Virus record (IMG/VR): IMGVR_UViG_3300021962_000032
Length of the DNA: 64,000 nucleotides
Source of the DNA: a virus
Reading direction: 5' to 3' (one strand)
Shown here: one piece after another, positions 56,801-64,000 of the stretch
How positions within the stretch are numbered: the stretch's first letter is position 1
How the letters are laid out: the number at the start of each line of letters is the position of its first letter
Program-made: the position numbers and the translations under genes
The notes under the pieces: model-generated
Database searches by the model: none
What the model was told of the DNA's origin: nothing
What the model saw: only the letters and a program-made list of their open reading frames with translations

Positions 56801-59800
56801 ATAATGAACCAGTAAATATTCCTACTTCGTTGGTAATATTTTTAACAACCAAAGAACTAAATGTTGGTATGCCAGTTACTCCACCAGTTTCTATAGTTAA
56901 TATCTCACCTTGTCCATACGAACTTCCAAGAGATTTTAATTCAAATTGAGAAATTGTCCCATTATTTGAAACTACTAAATCACATTTAGCATAGCTTCCA
57001 ATACCTGGAGATGATTCGTTACTATAAATTAAATCGAGATCAAAATAAGAATTTGGACTATCTACTATAAGATCTAAAGAATCATACCTACGAACAATTA
57101 CTTCAGATAGTGCTGGAGATATATTTTGAATTGTAATTGGTTGATTTATAGTAACTTCATTAGTTTTATAATCAATATCAGTTATTTTAACGTCAGTAAT
57201 TGCAGCTCCAACAACAGTGATATAATCTGTATAACTATTAATTCCTGCTATTGATCCCAGTTGAATAGACGTATCGGTAGATTCAATCTCTTTTTGCAAA
57301 TTGGTATTTAAAATTGTTATATAATTTGTAAATCCAGCTCCAACATTAGTAATTTCTGGTTCCAATAAATGTCCATTTGAAATGGTAGATATTCCAATAT
57401 GAACTGGAGTTTTTCCTCTTGTTATATTTTTAATAGTTCCACCATTAACATAAGTATGTTCAAAAATAGTTTCCCCTACGTATATTGTAAATGTATTCTC
57501 ATGAGTATATAATACTTCAAATTGATACCCCAAGTTACCTGATGGAAATTCTAATGTAGCTAAGACAAGAGATCCCGATGAACTTAAAATACTAAACGAT
57601 GGTGGTGGAACAGAAAGTTCATCAACATTAATTGTAAATGCGTTTACATTAGATCCAAAGGAAATTGGTGTTGACAACACAGTAAATACCTTGTCATCTA
57701 AAAATGTAGAAGTATTTTTAAATAAAACAAACCCATTTGTTGTTAATGTATTATTAACATCACCATCTGTGGTTATTGTTGTAATTCCCGTAGAATATCT
57801 GACTTGATTTGATCCAGATGGAACAAAAGTATGTGGAGAAGTATTTGTTCCGGCAGACCCAACATTAACTACAATTGTTGTCGCAGTGGTTGATGCTATT
57901 CCTACAGTAGTATTATATGCTGCATCACCCGATCTTGGATAAAATGTTGTTGTACTATTTCCATCAAGAGTGCAAGTAAATCCAAGTGATTCTGGCTCAA
58001 TTAAAATTTTTCCTCCTATTGGCAATGAGTGAGATCCAATAGTTAAAGTGGAAATTCCAGATACTGGATCATATGTTGCGTTAGTGACAGTAAATAATTT
58101 TCTATTTACTGTTATCGATGATATTCCTATACTTTTATTAAATGTTGGAGAAGGATCACCAGAAGTTCCACCACTATTACACTTATAAACTAACCCTCTT
58201 ATTTCAACAATTTCTCCTGGTGAAGTGAAAAATTGATCAGAGGTTATTGTAACAATTCCAGTAGTATGAGTATATGTTGCATTCTCTACTGGATATTCTT
58301 TTAATACGTTTACATATATATTTGCAATTCCTACTACTGGATTCTTGACTTCTACATATACAATATCATTAACATTGGTCTGATCTATACCAGATTGGAA
58401 TCTCTTAATAACCGCGGATGTGTTGTTAACATATCCATTAGTAGTTGGAGTATCTAATATGAATAAGTTATTAATTTCATCAACATCAATTATTTCAATA
58501 TTTTTAGCTACTGTTCCTATGCTTAAATAATATGGAGCTGATGTAGAAGTTGTATCAATTCCAGAAACACTGGCAACTTCAATTATATCTGTTGATATTC
58601 CAGAAGCACTAGTTATACTTGTAGATTTAACAAATACAAATCCACTTGAATCATCGACTTCTATCCATGCATCAACTGGATTTGCTATTTGAACATAATA
58701 TCCAGTTTCACCATATCCAACTGATGTTATTTGATTAAATCCATTATTCTCTATTCTATTTCTTCCGATACTATTTTTAACCAATAATCGACAATCCGAT
58801 TGTGAATACAAATAATTTAATTTGTTCCTAATACCATTTATGTCTTTTAAATAAAATGTTCCGCCATTTGGACCAAATGATGGAGATGATATTTCCGTTT
58901 CAAACGTATAATCGTTTTCTGCTCTGTATCCGGATCCAGTATAACCAATAAAAATTGATTCTATAGTCCCCCCATAAGACACTTTAGCAGTGCCTCCGGC
59001 AGCAACTAATGGTTGATATCCTAATCCTGGTTTGGTGCCAACAGAAACGATTATTCCACCTCTTGGAATTGATGCTGTATTAATATCTTCCGGATTTGAA
59101 GATGGGGAACCAGTAAATTTAATAGTAGTAATTCCAGCACTTTCAGATAATCCATAATCAATAAAATCCGGAGTTTGGAACACATTGTTAATTAAAACTA
59201 ATGCATTTCCTGTAGAGAATCCTGCAATATTTTCACCTCTTTCCGTTAATACTGCTTGGGTAGATATTCCCGTGAACTGTTGAGATATATCATCCAATAA
59301 GAAATTATAATCATATGGACCAATAGAACTATCTTCAAATCCAGATCTTAAAAATACCCTTGCATCAAATGTAGAAAAAGTTTCTAATCCAACGTAATCT
59401 CTATCTTCCGGATCCGTTCTTTCAAAATCTGTGGTTGGACTTTTTTCAAATGGGGGGACGGGGAAATATATGGTATTTTCAGAAATTTGATAATTGCCAG
59501 ATAATTTTACAACGTCTGATCCAGATTGATGATCAGCTAATTTTGAGCCCAACATGGGTCTTCTGACAATAAAATTATTATTACCTGCAAATTTTACATA
59601 ATTTATTCTCATTATTTCATTGTCAATTCTAATCAAATCTCCACTAAAAAATGATGTAACACCAGTAACATTTATTAAATCTTCAGCTCCAGATAAATTA
59701 TTAACTAATTGAGTTTTTATTGTACTATCAATAGTTGGCGATTGTACTACGTTATCAATAGTTACGAATGTTCTTGTATTTTGCTTTTCTCCTATAAATT

Positions 59801-60218
59801 TATGAAACGTTCCAAATCCTAATCTAGTTAAATCTAAAACATCAGGTATTCTTTTTAAAGCACCTTCTTTTGTGGCAGATAATTTGATAAATCTGTCGTT
59901 TAATTTTACGGCATAAACTGTTGAAGGTAAAACTGAAGAAATTCCAATATTTGGAATACTTGTAGATGCAATACCTATAGCATTATTACTACTTGTCAAA
60001 AATCCATCATATTCATAAGTCAATTCCTCACCAGTTCTAAAAAAATGATTAGGTAAAAAAATTGTATTATTTGAAAGATCTACATCACTGTCCGAACTAC
60101 CCAAAAAGAATTTCTCAAAAATAGGTTGGCTTCTATGTCTAAGCTCCGCACTTAGTTGAACGTCAAATCTTCTTCCTACATAATCTCCAGAACCGCTATT
60201 AATGATTATTTCTGCCAT
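53883..60218 (-). CDS. Baseplate wedge initiator gp7-like protein, C-terminal part (contains an FG-GAP beta-propeller)
   Basis: 2111 aa immediately upstream of g8; 'HFF.TGEEL.Y', 'DN.VQSP', 'PRGG.IVSVG...GLGY.PL', 'GDFG..TGI', 'FSWG'. Confidence 0.75.
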   Translation of the reverse strand: MAEIIINSGSGDYVGRRFDVQLSAELRHRSQPIFEKFFLGSSDSDVDLSNNTIFLPNHFFRTGEELTYEYDGFLTSSNNAIGIASTSIPNIGISSVLPSTVYAVKLNDRFIKLSATKEGALKRIPDVLDLTRLGFGTFHKFIGEKQNTRTFVTIDNVVQSPTIDSTIKTQLVNNLSGAEDLINVTGVTSFFSGDLIRIDNEIMRINYVKFAGNNNFIVRRPMLGSKLADHQSGSDVVKLSGNYQISENTIYFPVPPFEKSPTTDFERTDPEDRDYVGLETFSTFDARVFLRSGFEDSSIGPYDYNFLLDDISQQFTGISTQAVLTERGENIAGFSTGNALVLINNVFQTPDFIDYGLSESAGITTIKFTGSPSSNPEDINTASIPRGGIIVSVGTKPGLGYQPLVAAGGTAKVSYGGTIESIFIGYTGSGYRAENDYTFETEISSPSFGPNGGTFYLKDINGIRNKLNYLYSQSDCRLLVKNSIGRNRIENNGFNQITSVGYGETGYYVQIANPVDAWIEVDDSSGFVFVKSTSITSASGISTDIIEVASVSGIDTTSTSAPYYLSIGTVAKNIEIIDVDEINNLFILDTPTTNGYVNNTSAVIKRFQSGIDQTNVNDIVYVEVKNPVVGIANIYVNVLKEYPVENATYTHTTGIVTITSDQFFTSPGEIVEIRGLVYKCNSGGTSGDPSPTFNKSIGISSITVNRKLFTVTNATYDPVSGISTLTIGSHSLPIGGKILIEPESLGFTCTLDGNSTTTFYPRSGDAAYNTTVGIASTTATTIVVNVGSAGTNTSPHTFVPSGSNQVRYSTGITTITTDGDVNNTLTTNGFVLFKNTSTFLDDKVFTVLSTPISFGSNVNAFTINVDELSVPPPSFSILSSSGSLVLATLEFPSGNLGYQFEVLYTHENTFTIYVGETIFEHTYVNGGTIKNITRGKTPVHIGISTISNGHLLEPEITNVGAGFTNYITILNTNLQKEIESTDTSIQLGSIAGINSYTDYITVVGAAITDVKITDIDYKTNEVTINQPITIQNISPALSEVIVRRYDSLDLIVDSPNSYFDLDLIYSNESSPGIGSYAKCDLVVSNNGTISQFELKSLGSSYGQGEILTIETGGVTGIPTFSSLVVKNITNEVGIFTGSLSTFNDRFGFSVSTSDDGNFIVVGSPYDEDPNSGSSSGLVYLFDKVGIGYSQVGILTGLYASNADDNFGYSVAISGDGTKIIVGAPYDEYPGNPGSSGLVYVFDRSSGPTFTNVGIITGAYAFGAFDTFGWQVDTSYDGNIIAVSAIGDEDPSLNASTSSGVVYVYERQNSPTIGFNTVGIITGLYAYNSGDNFGSSIALSSNGEFLICGAPNDESQGVVYVYQNISSNWTQVGIITGPNPNNIVQTTLFGYSVEINDDGKILAIGAVNDNSGIGGARSGTVYVYEKIENQYYIIQILNGLYANNVDDAFGSSISMTSDGKLIAIGTKEDEYPGVEDSSGIVYLYERITENYLGSDYVNIGIQTGIYAKNLNDNFGTSVKLPSNGTSLVVGSQYDSFTTTGIGTSGVVSVFDLERNSSFDEFQVTIDQTFTDSFSGYVFGELVVFDSFDRLFNGKRVEFPLKLGGLQTTLRARPGSTLELEYNLIVFINDIYQVPNQSYTFSGGSIITFLEPPKQGDKCVILFYYGTKEVDTRNVDILETIKIGDNITLNSNLLSLQQTSRTVTDIIATDIVETNVYQNTGVTNDPNLQRPVTWCKQLYDKIIDGNVVGKSREIYEPEIYPKTQIIKSVGIGSTESIFVENVKIFFDSDDEYEPIGILKNSQRNIVIVSNDAIRQAEVSISIGNNLRISSVNIIDKGLGYSDPPDITVSYPSFTGIGTTTNNRAEITCSIDSFGSISSVQLNNPGYGYTTTDITKVHVGPPTIAYEKINQVNYEGDFGWVTGIGTTSTVGFNTNFVFELYIPENSYLRESAYGIPIDKSGILPGYYFKISNSNIGNSVFGVSSLDVNDSSVISVGSSYLDGIYNVESVGVAITEVPGLSVGLGRTEIVRVVVPVASYNGLDIASGGNIGTIGGNSGYIYGQYIGDFSWGRISDLKRTQLKQFNYYKNGILGLSTSATVIRENKLKALGYTQNN
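55570..56826 (-). repeat. Seven FG-GAP (integrin-alpha-like) repeats
   Basis: Seven copies of D-x-FG-x-S-[VI]-x(3)-DG-x(2)-h-h-h-G-[AS]-x(2)-D...G-x-VY-h-[FY]. Confidence 0.9.
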
Positions 60219-60230
60219 TTTACTTTTCGA

Positions 60231-63200
60231 TTAGAATCGTCCAATGTTTACTTGAATACCTTGTATTTTAAACTGTGTGAATGGTGATGGTTTAAATAGC
60301 AATTTAGTTAAAGATCCCTCTAACCTTGATGAAAAAGTTCCAACCCCAACTGTACCAATTCCACTCGTTTCTGTGGGAGTGGGAACTACCAACTTTCCAT
60401 ATTCCGTAATATATGAATTGGCTTGATTATTAATTAATTGAATTTCTTGTGATACATATTGTTTATTTATTTGTCTTTCAGTAAAACTACTTGAAAAACC
60501 TAACATTTCAGTTTCTGCGTTGGCGCTATCATTAATAAACAATGCAAATGGATTGTTTCCTTCAAATTTCCACAAATTGGCACCTCCAGCAAAATTGTTC
60601 GCAGTTCCAGAGAGCTCTGCAGCATTTCCAAAAAATGTAAGATTAACTCCAAATCCAGATGTTCCAGATCTATACGCACTATCTGGGGTTTCTATTGAAG
60701 TGCCATTTAAATCATGCTGTTCACCAAGAACCCAAGAACTTCCATTCCAATATGAAACTCTAACTGTTGTATTTGGATATGGGGCGATTAAAGCATAATC
60801 CGACAAAGTTTCTCCATAAGAATAAGTATTTGAAATATATTCTATTGGAATACCTTGTTTCATATCGGATCCAGATCCATCATCAGTTTCAACAGATATG
60901 ATTGTCTGCTGATTGAAAGCAGAAACTGCGGTATAATCTGAAACTGACAATGGTTGATCATAAGCTGTGCGAATTCTATCAACTCCAAGTCCAGTAAAAT
61001 ATTTGGTCATTGTCGAATTATTAATAGAAATTGCTGGACTTAAAAGACCTTTATCTAAAATAGGGGATGAATCTGCAGAATCATAATAATATGTTGTCAT
61101 AATAACTGGACTTGTTGATGTAAAAAATACCCAATCATCATAAGTTGTTGTTGTAAGCACACCAGATTTTCCTGGTTGAATTGTTACTGTTGTGACACCT
61201 ATTCCAGTAGTGTTTCCAATTCCCATAGTATTACCAAATCCTGTCTGGTTTTGATCATACAAAGTAACAATAACATTATCATTATTTTGATTTGGAAGAG
61301 CAAAAATATTAAAATAAGACACTCCAGTTTCTGTTGGTATTCCAACTGAACTTCTATCTGCAATATAATGTCCAAATGTGGTTGATGCATAAGAAACTGG
61401 CGATATTCTATGCTGATTTCCTGGTTCAATAAAATGAATAGGTTTGTTTGCAAAATATCTACTTCCCGATGTTATAGAAATAGTCCCTCTCTGTGGGTTA
61501 GATCCAGTGGTTAAAAGAACATTTTCAAATCCATCATTTGTGACTTCAATTAGTTTAGTATTTGGATATATTGCCGAATATGTTGCAGTTCCATTTTCAA
61601 ACGCATACCAATCAGAAATTCCATGATTTTGTGGTCCGGCATCGTATGCAAGAACATTATCAGTTTTTACCCCAACAACGGTAAGGAATACATATGCACA
61701 TTTATATTGGGTACTATAATTCAATATTTCTGTGAATGATGGTATAGTTGTTCCTATTCCTACCTGTTCAAATGATATCACTTCTCCGGTGTCGAACCCT
61801 AAATTATCGGTCAATGAATAATCTGTATTTGCAATGGAAACCGTAACAGCTTTTATATTATAATCATCTTCCAAAGTATTATATGGTGTCATTACTATAT
61901 CATAAGTTGTTCCGCCTATTCCCATTCGTGCTGAGTATGAAGCTATACCAGAAACAGATCTATCTGGAAAATTATCTTGAGTTTTAGTTATGAGTTCACC
62001 ATATTCCAAAAGTCTTATGTCATCAGAATCATCATGAATTATTGAAAGTTCATTTATTTCATAGTATGAGGTAGTTGCAGATCCAACCAAAATGAATATC
62101 TTACTTGCTCTATATGTGGAAGCTATTCCCACAACAGCAGTTCCAATTCCGGGAAGAACTCCAGAAGTTAAAATTCCAGTTTGATTATAAATTCTACCAA
62201 CGTCTCCAAGAGCAACATCTTCAAGTTCTTCGGGATCATCACTCATCTCAAATGAAACATAATCTACTATATAATTGTTAAAGTCAAATTTTGTTGGGAA
62301 AAATAAAACATTTTGATTTGAACCTATAATTTCAGATTCAAAAGATCCAAGATCAGATGCAGTTTCTAGCCTTCCATACTGACCACAAAAAACATCAGTA
62401 TCATCATGTACTGTGGTAAGTATTAACATTTGTTTTTCATTAAAGAATCTTCTATCTTGAATATAGAAGAAATGTTTTCTTGCTCTAATTTTTGTAGATG
62501 GATTTCTTGATACGATTGAATAAGTAGTTTCTCTTGGAAGTGGGTTGAAATTTTTACTAATATCATCTATACTTAAAACTCTATTATCGATAGATTCAAT
62601 ATAATCTTGAAGTATTCTTGAATTAAAAATTACCTGATTTGATTTTAAAGTATTGTTTGAAAGGAATGATAACTCTCTTGCCAAATCAAAATCATAAGTG
62701 CAGTTTACACTTGCAGAAGATATTAAATCGGTAATAGGAGTAACTGCCCCATCATTTTGAGATGTGGAGATTCCTGAGAAATCTTTTTGTCTTGAAATAA
62801 CTTCTAAATTTGAAAATCTTTTAAATCCTGCGGTATGATTTAATGTTGCTACCGGATCATCCCATTTATTAATAGGTACTTCCGACTTCAATGAGTATGA
62901 AAAATATTGATAGTAATCACTATCATGAATTCTTTGAAGATCGAGATTAAGTTTTCCAGTATCTTTAGTCCACCCTTTATTAACAACTGATGTAGAATCT
63001 ATATTGTAAAATGCATCAAAATTTATTTTTTTAAGTATTATCGCTTTCGTTTTGCTCGATTCTCCAATAATTATATCACCAACATTAAAATCTTCAAATA
63101 TTCCAACTTTTAAATAATCATTTGCAGAATCCCATTGATCCACAATTCCACGACCAGATAAAATATCACTTTCATTTCTAATAAATTCGTCTTCGGAAAA

Positions 63201-64000
63201 ATTATTTTTTAATAATGTAATAGTGTATTTTGGAAAATATTTAACTGGAACTATTCTTGCAGCTTCAGATAAGAAGTCATCAACTTTATATGAATCACTG
63301 TCTTCGGGATTTTCTACATCTGGATCCAAATATCCTTTGAAATCTAAAGTAACGGATGCACCAGCACCACCAATATTTGGATCTCTTCTAATAACTTTAT
63401 AAAATGCAAATCCATTAGATTGAGAATTGAATCCTTTAGATTCCAATCCTTGAGATTCTGCTATAGTTACAACATCCTCTATGAAAACAAAATCGCCTAA
63501 CTGGAAAGGAAAATCATATATTGTACTATACTCAGTTTTTAAAAATACTTGTATTGTTGGTAAATTACTAAATTGAATGCTATCTGGGAAATTATATTCA
63601 CTATCATCAGCATCTTCACTAAGTAAGGCATTATCTATTCCATTAACAACTTCTTGTGGAACAGCATTATTATTTACATCAAGAATTATAATATCTTGCT
63701 GATTCAATAGTAATGGTATTGCATTGCTATTATTAATTGGAACTAATCTTGGCTCTATACTTGAAAGATTTTTTGTATTTTGATCTATTGTTACAAAGTT
63801 ATCGCCAAGATTATATCTTAAAACAACGTCATCAACAATTTTTCCTGTTTTTTTATCTATAACAACAATATTTGGTGCAGTTAAATAATTAATTCCAACA
63901 CTGTCAATTCTAATTCTATCGATAGAATATAAAGGTTCAACTTTAAATATTGTAGGAAGTTTTGCAATTGGTCTTATAGATAAATCAGAAGAATAGTTAA
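60231..64000 (-). CDS. Baseplate wedge initiator gp7-like protein, upstream part (5' end outside the window)
   Basis: The frame stays open from the track's TTG at 63707 to the window edge (NYSSDLSIRP...); 'QRIHDSDYYQYFSYSLKS...LNHTAGFK.F' motif. Confidence 0.8.
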   Translation of the reverse strand, partial: NYSSDLSIRPIAKLPTIFKVEPLYSIDRIRIDSVGINYLTAPNIVVIDKKTGKIVDDVVLRYNLGDNFVTIDQNTKNLSSIEPRLVPINNSNAIPLLLNQQDIIILDVNNNAVPQEVVNGIDNALLSEDADDSEYNFPDSIQFSNLPTIQVFLKTEYSTIYDFPFQLGDFVFIEDVVTIAESQGLESKGFNSQSNGFAFYKVIRRDPNIGGAGASVTLDFKGYLDPDVENPEDSDSYKVDDFLSEAARIVPVKYFPKYTITLLKNNFSEDEFIRNESDILSGRGIVDQWDSANDYLKVGIFEDFNVGDIIIGESSKTKAIILKKINFDAFYNIDSTSVVNKGWTKDTGKLNLDLQRIHDSDYYQYFSYSLKSEVPINKWDDPVATLNHTAGFKRFSNLEVISRQKDFSGISTSQNDGAVTPITDLISSASVNCTYDFDLARELSFLSNNTLKSNQVIFNSRILQDYIESIDNRVLSIDDISKNFNPLPRETTYSIVSRNPSTKIRARKHFFYIQDRRFFNEKQMLILTTVHDDTDVFCGQYGRLETASDLGSFESEIIGSNQNVLFFPTKFDFNNYIVDYVSFEMSDDPEELEDVALGDVGRIYNQTGILTSGVLPGIGTAVVGIASTYRASKIFILVGSATTSYYEINELSIIHDDSDDIRLLEYGELITKTQDNFPDRSVSGIASYSARMGIGGTTYDIVMTPYNTLEDDYNIKAVTVSIANTDYSLTDNLGFDTGEVISFEQVGIGTTIPSFTEILNYSTQYKCAYVFLTVVGVKTDNVLAYDAGPQNHGISDWYAFENGTATYSAIYPNTKLIEVTNDGFENVLLTTGSNPQRGTISITSGSRYFANKPIHFIEPGNQHRISPVSYASTTFGHYIADRSSVGIPTETGVSYFNIFALPNQNNDNVIVTLYDQNQTGFGNTMGIGNTTGIGVTTVTIQPGKSGVLTTTTYDDWVFFTSTSPVIMTTYYYDSADSSPILDKGLLSPAISINNSTMTKYFTGLGVDRIRTAYDQPLSVSDYTAVSAFNQQTIISVETDDGSGSDMKQGIPIEYISNTYSYGETLSDYALIAPYPNTTVRVSYWNGSSWVLGEQHDLNGTSIETPDSAYRSGTSGFGVNLTFFGNAAELSGTANNFAGGANLWKFEGNNPFALFINDSANAETEMLGFSSSFTERQINKQYVSQEIQLINNQANSYITEYGKLVVPTPTETSGIGTVGVGTFSSRLEGSLTKLLFKPSPFTQFKIQGIQVNIGRF

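Noticed and set aside
63705-63707. TTG start of the 1158-aa ORF
   Set aside because: The frame remains open to position 64000 with gp7-like sequence, so the true start lies outside the window.

Overview
A 64-kb AT-rich segment of a T4-like myovirus with cyanophage (Kyanoviridae-type) gene content and order. Essentially all genes are on the minus strand. Read right to left, the first block is structural: a gp7-like baseplate gene that runs off the window and is split into two in-frame ORFs, then gp8, a VrlC/DUF4815-like structural protein, gp13-gp23 (neck, terminase, tail, portal, protease, scaffold, capsid) and gp3. The second block covers replication, recombination and repair: uvsY, uvsW, gp55, gp47, gp46, gp45, a DenV-like glycosylase, gp44, dam, gp62, regA, hsp20, an FkbM methyltransferase, gp43, uvsX, a 2OG-Fe(II) oxygenase, gp41 and mazG. 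The third block is a late-promoter-driven cluster of likely virion or internal head proteins. T4-type late promoters (TATAAATA/NATAAATA/CTAAATA), sigma70-type promoters and intrinsic terminators are visible. I recognised no tRNA, CRISPR array, intron or intein. The main leads are: (1) a 67-aa protein that copies the N-arm of the major capsid protein; (2) modular 'polyprotein' head-cargo candidates with T4-like capsid-targeting leaders and gp21-type cleavage linkers; (3) an unannotated 28-aa NdhQ-like membrane peptide with its own late promoter; (4) a structured late small RNA overlapping the sigma70 promoter of the DNA polymerase operon, next to two of four paralogous Sm-like proteins; (5) an antisense promoter back-to-back with g55. 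Family assignments come from motif recognition and synteny, not database searches.
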